DNA from: Catajapyx aquilonaris
Taxonomy: Eukaryota
Assembly: GCA_000934665.2 (NCBI GenBank)
Contig: JYFJ02003895.1
Location: 1-36,625 of the forward strand
DNA: 36,625 nt
Reading direction: 5' to 3'
Each line of letters begins with the position of its first letter. Position 1 is the stretch's first letter. The translations under genes and the position numbers were made by a program. Below, in pieces: positions 24,010 to 35,087 of this stretch. The notes beneath the pieces were generated by a model. The model did no database searches. It was given only the letters and a program-made list of their open reading frames with translations, and was not told the DNA's origin.

Positions 24010-25433
24010 ATCCCGGCTGACCGGTAGCTCTGCACGAAACCAGACCTCGTCTTTGGGAAATATCTCCCCCAGTCGCAGGTGGATGTATCTGAGGAGAAGG
24101 TTCGAGACCATTGACACCTCGTCTATAATGAGCCGCTTCAGATCCCTGAAGTAGGACCGCATCACCTGCACCGCGTCTTCCGAAAGTGGCCTGTAGGCTG
24201 CTGTGGATCCGTGCTCTACGGGAAGCTGGAGGAGTTTATGGATGGTCACCCCGCCCACGTTAAATGCGGCCAGTCCGGTAGGGGCTGTCACGGCCACAAC
24301 GATGTTCTCCGACGGGAACATGTCCATTATCATGACCTTGACCGGGTGGATGAGGAAGCTCTTCCCCGTTCCTCCACAGCCGCTAACAAACATCCGGAGC
24401 GGATCTGCTGACGCCAGCTTTATGCGGACAAACACTCGAGACTGGTCGGCGTTGAGGCGCAACACCATATCCTCGAGATTGCTCGTCACGGGGTCAGGTC
24501 TCATGGCTGCTACCAAGTCCTCCATGGCTTGGACAGCTGCCGTCTCCACCTCGGCCCCCTGAGCAAACCCTTCTCCAGACTGAGCATCTGGTCCTGCCTC
24601 GTTGTTCTGCGTGGTCGCCTCCAAGTTCTCCATCAGCTCCTCCTCTGCCTCCCTGATGGCTGTCAGCTTCTCATGATAGACATGTAGAGCCTGCATCTTC
24701 GGTAGGAGTGCCGAAAATGCTGACTGGTAGGTGGAGTGGTCCTGAAGAAACTCACTCTCCACGCGCCACGGGTAGAACAGGAAGAGTATGGCGAAGTAAT
24801 ACTGCTCCCTCTCGGTGTCCTTTGAAGGGTTGAACAAGCGGTGGTTGATCAGGTGAAGCTTGCTGCGCAGCCGCACAAACCCCTTTCCCTTCATAAGTAC
24901 CACGAGTCCCTCCGTGTTCTTTGCCGACTTGACATAGTCGTGAAGTCGCATGAAATCAAAGAGGCAGAGGTTTTCCATAGACAGCGGGCGATTAGGATAG
25001 TAATCATCTACCCAGCTGTTTTCATAGATGCCTCGTGACTCCGGAATCTTCTCCCGAATGGTCTCGATGGCAGCCAATGTCTTTAAGCCCCGCGTTCGCA
25101 CGTGGGACATGTGCACGTTGACGTGTTTCACGGAGGCCGTCTTGCCGTATAGGTGGACGCCGATGAGCCGCCTCGCTGCTTCATAGGCTCCGTACTCGCG
25201 GTTTGTCAAGACGCGCATGGCAAATTTCCAGAGGCGCTTGCAAAGGGTCTCGGAGTTGGCAATGTCGTCCCAAACATCTGACAGGACGGTCTTCTCTCCC
25301 TTGGTTATATACTTAGTCACGCAGTGACAAAGGGAGTTCTGGCTGTCGGCGATATGCTGCAAATCCATGTTTGCCTCCCACAGCAGCAGAACAGTCGGAT
25401 TATAATCGTTGATGCGCTCCTCTCCACGACCCC
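24010..25433 (-). mobile_element. Helentron/Helitron2-type RepHel internal fragment (end of Rep, linker, N-half of PIF1 helicase)
   Basis: Open frame 24001-25461: INDYNPTVLLLWEANMDLQ...KYITKGE, LFYPWR, Walker A SGCGGTGKS, APTGLAAFNVGGVTIH, Walker B LIIDEVSMV. It is truncated at both ends and GC-richer than its flanks. Confidence 0.92.
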
Positions 25434-25757
25434 TGACCCATTGCTGTTGGTTATTTATCAATGCTTCATCTGTTCCCTACTGATGAGTGATGACTTACAA
25501 GGGAATAATCCAGTACATTTTCCAATTGATGCTTGCAATGTCCGTGATCACCCACAATATTCAACTTTAGCCGTACTGCAACATGCACCCATTTTGACAC
25601 TTATTAGAGCTTGCCAGTATGTTGCCCATCAACTGAAATCACTGAAATCGATAAAATTGCTGAAAGTACTTTGTTGGGTTTAGAGTGGATTGACTATCTG
25701 TATTAATATTAATATATATTAATGTATTTTAAAAGTTAATAAGTAAAAAGGTGATTG

Positions 25758-26357
25758 TCATTGAAATGCAATTGGAAATATTGACTGTGCCCTGCACATA
25801 TTACTGCTAGTAACTGGACTTGTTTCAGGAAAATAGACACCTAGCAAGTTGCGAAAAGAAGGAAGAACAGGTGGACTAATTAACTGGGTAAATCTGACAA
25901 CAGGGCTAGTAATTTCAATATATTTGGTGATAAGGTCATACAAGGGAGGTAGTAGTGGGGGAAGGAGGACCTGGTCGTCCGACTCGCCACTCTCGTCCAA
26001 GTGTTCAAGGGGCGAGCGAAAGGTATCATCCGAGTCCTCCTTTATACTGTAATACACACCGGAGGTAGTCGCAAGGCGGTCTGAAGTAGTCCATCTAAGA
26101 TGAAGCACCTTGGATTCGATATGACTACTTTTTCCTCTCCGTCCTGTTAGAAGGCTGTCGTTGAATGTTTTTGAATACAGGATGGCAGAAATAGTACATT
26201 CAGTCGTCATAGCTCTTGGTTTCACCACACTTTCAATTAATTCTGCAGTATTCCACTGCTCTTTGCGAGATAATAATTTTCTAGCAGGTTTTTGAAAATC
26301 TTGCAGGTGTCCGGTGGAAAGGAAGGCTTCCCAGACCTTAAGCTCTGGCAGTTTCAA
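25758..26357 (-). CDS. 199-aa open frame of unknown function in duplication copy B (probable exon remnant)
   Basis: Open in copy B, disrupted in copy A. More distant homologous DNA lies at ~17780-18000 and ~14360-14460. No domain recognised. Confidence 0.3.
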   Translation of the reverse strand: MKLPELKVWEAFLSTGHLQDFQKPARKLLSRKEQWNTAELIESVVKPRAMTTECTISAILYSKTFNDSLLTGRRGKSSHIESKVLHLRWTTSDRLATTSGVYYSIKEDSDDTFRSPLEHLDESGESDDQVLLPPLLPPLYDLITKYIEITSPVVRFTQLISPPVLPSFRNLLGVYFPETSPVTSSNMCRAQSIFPIAFQ

Positions 26358-28419
26358 GCTGCAACAGTCTTAAGTTTTGTATTAGTGACATGGGTAATGC
26401 ACATTGTCGTGTGGCAAAATATTGAACTTACTTGGCACATTATTATGAACAAATTAATGGATATTTTGACTATCGGGGAAAATGCTTAGTTGCTCTCCCT
26501 GTGAATTGGCCTGTGAATCTAGCAGCTTCCAGTATATTGTATTATTATAATAATTTTAATGAATAAATGAATATTGTTCCTATGCATGTGGACGATAATT
26601 TGCCAAGATCTGAAGTGTATATTTCCATGGTAACTCCGTTAGGTCTAAAGTGAGTGTAAATGGGTATGAAATAGATGCACTGTGCCATTGCATTGGGTTA
26701 TACCATGGGTTACCAATCTTACCATCCCCTCCCTCTCTAGCTCCCCTGTACCTGGACAAACTTTCCCTTTATATGTGGAAGATGAATGGAGACAGGAGGT
26801 TGTATGATGTATTTTTTTAGTTCCGAAGTTTCAATCAAAGAGATTCAATATACAGTGTGAAGTAACTAAACGTCTTTCTACGAGCTGGGATAGTTTGATC
26901 AAATATTTTTCTAACTACGTCTGTTTGAGTAATAAATCTCCTCCACCGTGGAACTCTATGCCGGCGGGCTATTGGCAGGGTACTCAAGACGGAAATGTCA
27001 TTTTCGAGTTGGGTGGGCAGAGAAGAAATCTCTTCCAGGACAGTTATTTCTTGTGACTGCTTCATTTTAGTGGAAACTGTTTACTGGTAACATAATGTAT
27101 GATAACGAAGTGAATCGTAGTTTTCTTCCATATCTGCGTGTGTATTCAGTTTCACAAAATTCCACATGTGAAATTCATTCGCCTTGCTCCGATTAAGGGA
27201 ACACTAAATATCACCAAAAACACTTCATTAAATTCATGCTGTTGCATAGATTTTATAAAAATGATTGTTTTAATAAGTTGTGCCGATTCAAAACAATCTA
27301 CCACACGTGCGGGGCATTTCCACTTACAATATCTTAATCATCTTGTATCAGGAAAATATTGTTTTTGTATGTTTGCCCCATGCCTCTGCTTCCCATTTAC
27401 CTCGATACACATTTGTCATATTGTGATCTAATCACCTTCTATGTCATGGATCATATCTCTTGCGTGATTGTGCAGTTAAAAATAATATGTCGGGTGAGTA
27501 GCGCCTATCCACAGGAGGCAATATGATATAATAATTATATAATGCGTATCCATACTTATGTTGTAAGTAGGGAGCGATTTCCATTTTTGACTTTCCAGTC
27601 CCATATTGTTATGTATGGATGGCATTTTCCAGAATGCTCCTGTTTGTTTGTGTCGAGACATGTTTCCACTTCTTAGTCCTCGGGCTTTTCTTCTTGGTCA
27701 AATGGCTGTTCCTCGCCTTCTGTTTCTTTCTGATGTGGTCTTTCATTGCTTTCAGGTCAGGTTGCCCTTAATGTGACTTGAGGTCATGGTACGCATTGAA
27801 TCTATTTGGAATGAGTGCGTCATCTTTCTCCCGCCGAGATTTCCATTTACGCGATAGAAAAACATGTTCTTCACATCAGATCAGCGAAAGTCATGTAGGT
27901 ATCAGGTGCCACTGAAGGTTTTTTAATATTAACACAATGGAAAGCCAGTCTTAAGATTTGTAAATGTGGCGTGAATAATGTCAGTTATCATATGACAAAT
28001 AGTATATTAATGTTAATTGGCATATACTTGTGTGTGAGTGAATACTTGTGGGCTGTAGTTTACTGTCTACTGAGCACAATTTTACGATTAAAATTGGCAC
28101 AAGGTTACTAACTAGTGACAAATCCAATTTTGTTGAATCATGTTTGAAGCATCAGTACGGATGATTATGATGAATGCGGATGAAGTCAGTGTCGCGATGT
28201 ACGGCATCATGTTCACATTCACAACCTCCTCCATCACTGAAGCAAGGCGCTTCGCATTTTTGCAATAGTCATATTAATGGGACAACAATTTCATTTTATA
28301 GCCTTACATTATTTTGAACAAATGAAATGGCTCTATTTATACTATCAGGATCTTTTTGGTGGTTCCATACACCTACCTGTGAGCCTACTGTGTGAAAGGA
28401 CCCATATCAAAGGGAATGT

Positions 28420-29500
28420 TTATATGACCAATTTACACGTTCGATTTATGTCCAGTATTAAAGTTGTAGTACAATATCCGATGATCTTCCGAGCATCCCA
28501 GCTGAAGTTTCTTGCATGGGAAGACAGCAAGTTCATGATGATCGTGCTTGGCTGAGTCGCAGCTTCCTTGCTCCATGCTCCGCCTTCTTTTCGCCCATTC
28601 AGGGTGATGGTATTTCTTGAAATGATGAGAGTTATTTCATGACGGTCACCTTCGTCAGTGGCTCTCATCACTTGAATCTGCTTAGGAAAAGAGAAAACAG
28701 GGGCTGTAATTTATCATAATAATATAATATGAAAGCTTTTGATCACTTCATGAGGCAGAAGTAATTAAAAATTTGTACGGCTTTCCAGTCTATAAAGTGT
28801 AAGTTATGTAGTGTACTTACGTGCTGGTCGTACGATGGCATGCATGGTGTAAGTCACTGAATGTTCAAGGTTAATCTGTTTCCACAATTCAGAGGGAGTG
28901 GTACTACCTCTCCCCATCTCTTTGGTGTTGAAGTGAACAGAGGAGCGGATGGAGGCGGCGAGCGCCCTGTCCATTTCTTCCTTCCGGTTGTCGTTCGTCA
29001 GGACGTCAGCATTATATCCACACATTATTATACAGTGCACATCTGCGTTGTCTCCATCTGGCTTCGTGTCGATTTTAAATTTTATTTCATAGCAATAAGT
29101 AATGATTTTATAACAAACCTTACACTTGGGAATTGTAGCAAATCCTGATTATAAATTTGCAGCAAGCTAGGGAAATGCTGCTGGCCTGAATGTCCGTACC
29201 TTTCGACTTTTTCATCTGACGGCCGTTTGTGTACGTTACTTCCGGTCCGCACTCCACATCTGCCTTGGGGACCTGATCTGGATCGGGAAACAAAGCTGCA
29301 GACACTAAAAATCGATCTTTTTCGATATAATTATCAATCCGCATATTTACCTCGCCCTAAAAATAAGTACTGTAGCTTTAAGGTGAGCCGCTTCAACCTC
29401 TCCTCGACCAAGAGGGGAGAGCTGGTGATGGGCGAAGCTCCTCCATGGGCTGAGTCGAATGACACTATTCCTTGGGTGGAGAAACGTGTCGTTAAAGAGT
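28420..29500 (-). pseudogene. Four-exon orphan gene or pseudogene with short introns
   Basis: Candidate GT-AG introns at 29296-29350, ~29058-29123 and 28678-28820 separate the short ORFs 29120-29344, 28804-29040 and 28420-28671. The last intron is conserved in the paralog at 20189-20335. Confidence 0.5.
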
Positions 29501-29539
29501 AATTGAATTATGAAATTGCAAGTAATTAACAATCCTTGC

Positions 29540-29820
29540 GTTGTTTGGCCGAGCCCTCTGATTGGTCCGCCGCCGCGTATTGTTGCCGTCACCTCTTCCT
29601 ATTGGTCCCCGTTACTGCGACGCATTGTTACCACGACGCCTCCAATTGGCCCCGTTCCGAGCATGGGTGGGAGAACGCCACAGCTTGCTGGACGTCAACG
29701 AGGACGACACATCTCCTCTCCCGTGAAGACCCCTCCACCCACCCACGTCTTCACGGTGACCTCACGACATGGGAAGGGGAGAGGAGGAGGGGGAAATGGA
29801 ACGTCGTGTCGTAAACAAAC
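29540..29820 (-). promoter_or_regulatory. CpG-rich CCAAT-box promoter upstream of the minus-strand orphan gene
   Basis: ATTGG at 29561, 29601 and 29645 (40-44 bp spacing), GACGTCA at 29691-29697, high CpG density. Confidence 0.5.
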
Positions 29821-30323
29821 CGAATTAGCCCAAGCATTTTAGGATTTGACCCGGTAAAAAATAATGTAAATCTGAAAATAGGAGGAAATGTTCTGTTAAG
29901 TGTGCTGAACAACATATTAAATGTCCTAAGAGCTCCTATGCCGGCGTCATGTTTTTTTCGGCGCTTGAAGTACATAAGTGACACTCGCCGTGGAATTGGC
30001 TATAAAAGCAAAACTACTCCTCCGATTTTGTTCGGATTTCTCTTGGAATGTGAAGGATTGTATGTACAACGATATTATGAGGTCAACATGCCACCGTCAG
30101 GTCAAGGGGGCCACTTCATAAACATCGAAATAATACGTCCTGATGCGCAGCTGACTTGACAAAATGTGTAGAGCATAAAATGATTCCCCGTACTTTACCC
30201 TTTTCAACGATATCTCTGGCATGTTTGAGCGATCATCTGTTTCATAATTGTAACACATGATTATAGCGCTCGTGCAGCGCGCTGCCGTCGTCACTCCCTA
30301 CGAGCCGCGCCCGGCCCGCCTAT

Positions 30324-31465
30324 TAGACCAGGAGTGCATGATCTTGAGAAAAATAATACTTATGGAGCTGAAAATTGGCAGGCAGGTCCCAAGATGGTCC
30401 TGCACAACTTAATAAATGTCGCCAAAGTTCCATGTGTTGTATGCGAGAAAGACGTCGTCATTTTTGCCGCATTTGTGTCGTAGGCCCAAATGCGACAGTA
30501 GAAATGTGACTCATAGGTTGAAATATTCAACAAAATCCTATTTATTTATTGCTTTTTTGCATGCAGGATGGGAGTAATAAGTGCTAACGCTACATCAGCT
30601 TTGTGCAGTTATGTATTATTTCTGCGTTGAGACCTATAGAGACAGAAAGGAAGGCAAGGTTAAACATTCCTTTATTAAAGCAAAGAGTACTGTCTTATTA
30701 GACTTACTCCGGATCGTCTGCTTCCTCCATTTCATAACCTGCAGCGCCATTTAAGCAGCTTCTGCCCTTGCAGTAGATGCACATCATGGAGCAAGCGAGA
30801 CCCGTAGTCTTGCAGGAGCATCGTGATCCGCAGTCGTTCTTGCTACCGCAAGATATCATATGCAGGAGCTCGTCTGGGGCAGGTGACAAATGAGTCGTGA
30901 CAGGAACCAACATATCACCACATTTCTTCCATCCCCAAGCCTCAGGAGAGATAGAATTTCCAATCCATTCTTGGACCTGGAAGAAAAGATGACATAACTA
31001 TTACGTGAGATGAGCGACGCGCAAAATTATGCCCCAAGTATTGAAATGGAAATACGCCTACCTGCAGGTAAGTTCTCAATGAATGCTGTTCACATGCGGC
31101 ACTTGTTGGTGGAAGCGTCGCCAGATCAAAAGCTGCAGTGACAGCTTGCCTGGCAAGAGTGCGAGCATGTATTCTGTCGCGGAGTTCGTGTAATAAGCTG
31201 GAGAAGACATCACTGCTGTACAGATTCATCAGGAATTTCTCTCCGGCAGCAAGTATATCTGCTTTCGCCGCTGACGAATTGTTGAAAACAGCGACCAAGT
31301 CCAGCATCTCAGGCTTCTCCAGAAGCTTGAAGGCCTTCTTCTTGCCCTTGCCGAAAATAGCCGACGTGGTGTCACACCCTGTGACGGCATGGGCAAACAA
31401 CAAGCAGTCCTTCGTGGAGCCCAACTGTTCCTGGATGTCTCTGACTGTGAACAATTTTTTTTCGG
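30324..31465 (-). mobile_element. AcademX-type transposon 3' part (XPG-like nuclease plus Cys-rich finger, one intron, putative terminus)
   Basis: FAHAVTGCDTTSAIFGKGK...LPPTSAACEQHSLRTYLQ; an 85-bp GT-AG intron at 30977-31061 splices in frame to VQEWIG...WGW...APDELLHMISCGSKNDCGSRCSCKTTGLACSMMCIYC (stop at 30704). The TAG-starting terminus at 30324 is tentative. Confidence 0.8.
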
Positions 31466-32627
31466 CCCAGACCTACGGAGAAATTCCCACTTGGTGGCAA
31501 GTAAACCACCACCAGAGTGAACTCCCGGCCCACGCCAGCCACCCGGAAGACCCCGGTGTAGCGAGTGCACAGGGCTGTCTCCCGTGCAATCCGGAGACCG
31601 GAATGGAAGACCTCCAACGCCACCTTCGAACTGCCGGTGGCCCAAGTGCGGGCGGCCAGCCTGCTCCGTAGGGAGAGCACGTAGGGCTCCAGAAAGCACA
31701 GGATGTCCAGTCTCGTGTCCACCGCCCAATCCATGGCACGACCCGTAGCCTCCTGCCCCCCACCGGCGTTGTACTGCCCGATTCGGAGAGGTCTGACCTT
31801 AGCAGCCATCTCCGTTCCTCCTCCGGATCACCGCCATCCTCTGCTGCCAAACGGGGCACCGGGCCGCCCACACCGAGTGACCACTAGGCCATCCCTGCGC
31901 CTTACAGTGGACGCAGCCCACCACCGTCGACCGACACGTCTGGGCCTCGTGTCCGTTCTCCCCGCATCGACCACATCGCGGTTCACGCTGACATTTGCGG
32001 GGTCCCTGAGCCGAATGACCATAGGCACAACACCTGAAGCATCTGTCGCTTCGAACAATCTCCTCCACGATGCAGTCGTTGAGGTCGACCTGCAGTCGCC
32101 CCTCCTTCATCAGGTCCGGGTAGAACCCCGCCGACACCTCCAAGGTCCAATTTTCACGTGTAGGATTTTGGCATCCCCGGTTCGTTATCACCTTAACGTG
32201 GTCCCGAACAGACCGGCCCTGAAAGAGCTCGCTGTTGTCCTCTCCGATAATGTCCAACAGCTGCTCTGCCGTGAAACCCACGCGCACCCCAGTCAATCGG
32301 ACCCTCGGAGGAGCCCTCGTAACCGTCCTCGACATCGCCACACCCGGCTGATGTTGAAATGCAGCCACCACCGCCTCCCTCTGCTGCGGGGTCCTGCATG
32401 CGATGCGCACACGCTTCCCCACCTTGGTCACAACCCGAAAGCCACCCTTCCGCACCGCCTCAGGGACGACCAATTTGATCGTCTGGGAAATCTCAGGATC
32501 TGGCACCTCCTCCACGAAATCGACCACCGCAGGGAACGACGGCTCCGCCCGCGGCAGGGACGGAAAGGCCCGAGCCACGTCGGCGAAGGACGGTCCCACC
32601 CCCGGACCGGACACCTGGCGCTCCAAG
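31466..32627 (-). mobile_element. R1-clade LINE: ORF1 with three zinc knuckles plus start of ORF2 AP endonuclease
   Basis: ORF1 (to 31799) contains CFRCCAYGH...C, CGRCGENGHEAQTC and CVHC...GH...CP. ORF2 from 31809 reads LRIGQYN...LDILCFLEPY...VVVYLPPS. It is cut by the LTR at 32628 and by the Academ junction. Confidence 0.9.
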
Positions 32628-33709
32628 TGTGCTGATAGACCCCTAGGAGCCCTTGGGCGGCCCTCTTGAGACCCCCTTGAGTTAGGCACGTCCTGAGTCT
32701 AACAGAATTACTTATTGACTGGTTACTATAACAATGCCAGTTGACCTGTCTCAGGTGAGCCAACTGGCTAACAATACATCTCCCTTTTCTGGTTTGTTAT
32801 CAAATTATACATAAACATTATACGCCGTCTTGTCCTGGCAGCTGGCCGTCTTTAGTGGACTCGGGAGGCTGTCCAGCTCCGTCACTTCCATACGGAAGTA
32901 GATGGCGCCGGTTGACTCGTACAATGGAGCCGTTGTCGAGTTCACACCAATAAGACCGTGGGAACTCCGTCTTCTGCTTCACTATCGCTGGAGTCCTCGC
33001 ATCTGACACCCATACTCTGGTTCCGTCTTCCAGCACCGGTAGCTCCTTCACGCGGTGACGGCGGTCATGGCTTGCCTTCTGCTTCTCCCTCCATCCAATT
33101 GGAGCCTTTCCGACAGAGATTTGTCCCGCAATCCAACAACAATACGGTCACAAATAAGTTCATCCCTCAATCCTGCAAACTCACAATGTTCTGCCAACCC
33201 GTGTAGTGCCGTGACAAAGCCTTCCACATCTTCCCCTGGCTGCTGGACTCTGGTATTAAATTTTGCACGCTCGTACGTTCGATTCTTCTTGATTACAAAA
33301 TGTTTTTCAAAGCACAACAACACATTGTCGTAGTTGCTCATGGCAACGTCATCCAAATGGAACGTAATACGTAGTTCCTGCCTGAGGCCCCATCGAGTAT
33401 ATGAGGGCACTCACCTGCTCGGCCGCTGGCTTCCTGTCAAGTTTCGACAGTGTTCTGTACCTCTGGAATCTCATCTTCCACATAGGCCATCCTTCTGGAC
33501 GTTGGAAGTCCAGAGGTTCTGGAGGTCGAAATCCCAAGCTTGCCATATCCAAACTTGTGCAATAGTTGACTCTCCAACTACGGTAGGGGTAGAACTTCTC
33601 ACCCGGCTGCCACCATGTGCTGATAGACCCCTAGGAGCACTTGGGCGGCCCTCTTGAGACCCCCTTGAGTTAGGCACGTACTGAGTCTAACCCTGGTCTA
33701 ACAGAATTA
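32628..33709 (-). mobile_element. Internally deleted Mag-clade Gypsy LTR retrotransposon
   Basis: 3' LTR 32628-32778 (151 bp, TG...CA), PPT AGAAAAGGGAGA 32779-32790, truncated 5' LTR 33616-33709, PBS TGGTGGCAGC 33606-33615 (tRNA-Leu-like). gag WPMWKMRF...YERAKFNTRVQQPGE...DRIVVG is joined at ~33092 to the pol C-terminus HDRRHRVKELP...PRSY...RVNRRHL. Confidence 0.92.
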
Positions 33710-33972
33710 GGATAAGCTATTGTTTATCCGCACGTTAACAACAAGGCCTCCCGACGGTTGGCAACGTTGCGTCGCAAACAATCGGGTGCCTATTGATACT
33801 GCTGCATGGTTACATGGAACTGTGCTTTATTTTTCTTTTCGGGATTTTGAGGTGATTAAGTGGATGGAATATCCCTTTGTCTTGGTATTGCTGTTTGTTA
33901 CCGCAACAGTACTGTACATTGTTGTGGCCCTGCCAGGTACGGTACGTCGCCCGTGCGTGATATTTTTAGTTT

Positions 33973-34293
33973 TTGCGGAGCGATAGCGGAGGAGGAGCTC
34001 CTTATGATGCACACGGGTCAAGAATCACGCGAGTAAAAGATCCAGAAGAGGAAGGAGATGCAGCCAACAAAAATTATGTGGACCAGCAAAGAGGTGACGT
34101 CATCGTATTGTTCCGAGGCACAATGTATTTGACCCTGGAAAAAATTCATCAATGGTTGGAGCAGGTACTGAAGACAGGAGCAGGAGGGAAGCAGACAATA
34201 GAAGAGCATGATGGGATATTTAAACACCTGTTATCATTCGTTAGTCACCTTCATCCCAATATTATGCAAGAGGAACGCAGCTTATTTCTTTAA
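33973..34293 (+). CDS. Small ORF with RIxxVxDP...DAANKxYVD motif (Polinton/Maverick-like accessory protein)
   Basis: YDAHGSRITRVKDPEEEGDAANKNYVDQ resembles the DAxxKxYVD fibre/adhesin-neck motif seen in Polinton and virus ORFs. It is preceded by a short hydrophobic ORF and followed by GGTCA-rich repeats. Confidence 0.5.
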   Translation: MRSDSGGGAPYDAHGSRITRVKDPEEEGDAANKNYVDQQRGDVIVLFRGTMYLTLEKIHQWLEQVLKTGAGGKQTIEEHDGIFKHLLSFVSHLHPNIMQEERSLFL

Positions 34294-34403
34294 TCGCCTG
34301 TATGTACGTACGTACCTTGTAAAGAAAAGAAGAAGAAGAAGAAAGAAAAATAAAGAAAGGAAGGAAGGCAGAAGTCTCCATAATTTTTCCCTCTCCCTTC
34401 CCT

Positions 34404-34890
34404 AAGGTCAACGGTCATTTTACGTAGAGGTCACATGTTAATCATTCGCGACGTTATACATGGTAGGCTAATTAGCTACTAATTAGCGCTGTAAGTTTCT
34501 GCTGTGCTATCTATCATTTCAGGATTTTGAAGTTTTTTAAATACTCAATAAGCAAAGGTCAGGGGTCATTTTATGTAGGGGTCACATATTAATAGCTTGG
34601 CACCTTCTACATGGTAAGCTAATTAGCTAGTAATTAGTGCTGTAAGGTTCCGCTGTGCTATCTACATAATTAATTTTTTTAAAAATAGGGGTGCCCTACT
34701 CGTGTATGAGGTTTTAAATAGCATTAAATAGCTTTAAATAGCTTGGTGGAGGGGGGGAGCCTGGTAGCCTGGCTATGTGGCTGTGTGGCTTAAGTGGGCT
34801 TTAAATAGCTTGGTGGAGGGTCAGTCTGGACTGCCTGGCTATACTCGTCTACCAGGAGGTATTTAAATAGCTTGGTTCAAATAGCTTGGG
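34404..34890 (+). repeat. Two 110-bp direct repeats (34404-34513, 34555-34664) plus clustered TAAATAGC repeats
   Basis: AAGGTCA..GGTCATTTTA.GTAG.GGTCACAT...GCTAATTAGCTA.TAATTAG...GCTGTGCTATCTA occurs twice. AAATAGC occurs six times between 34716 and 34886. Confidence 0.85.
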
Positions 34891-35086
34891 GTCACTAGTA
34901 GCCAGGCTGCCCTATACGAGTACGTGGGGGGTCCTTGACTCAGAGGTGTCATTGACTCGGAGGGTCGTCTACGTGGAGGTCAGCCGGTCGGAGGATCGTC
35001 TACGTGGAGGTCAGCCACTCGGAGCGTCTGCCTCTGGGGGTCAGATCACGCGCAGCTGCTACCTCCACCCTCTCTCTCCCCCTCCC

Positions 35087-35087
<1 letters not shown>

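Noticed and set aside
29840..30320. Additional DNA-transposon end beside the Academ terminus
   Set aside because: It looks TE-like, but no paired TIR, TSD or coding motif could be defined.
31703..32635. 310-aa plus-strand ORF
   Set aside because: Antisense shadow of the GC-rich R1 ORF1; the same applies to the plus-strand ORFs over RepHel, Academ and the I element.
32628..32689. N-terminus MPNSRGSQEGRP of the 296-aa ORF
   Set aside because: It is Mag LTR sequence read through into R1 ORF1 from a non-ATG codon, and it is repeated at 33616-33677.
34404..34890. CRISPR-like repeat array
   Set aside because: Eukaryotic context, irregular repeat lengths, no unique constant-length spacers and no cas genes.
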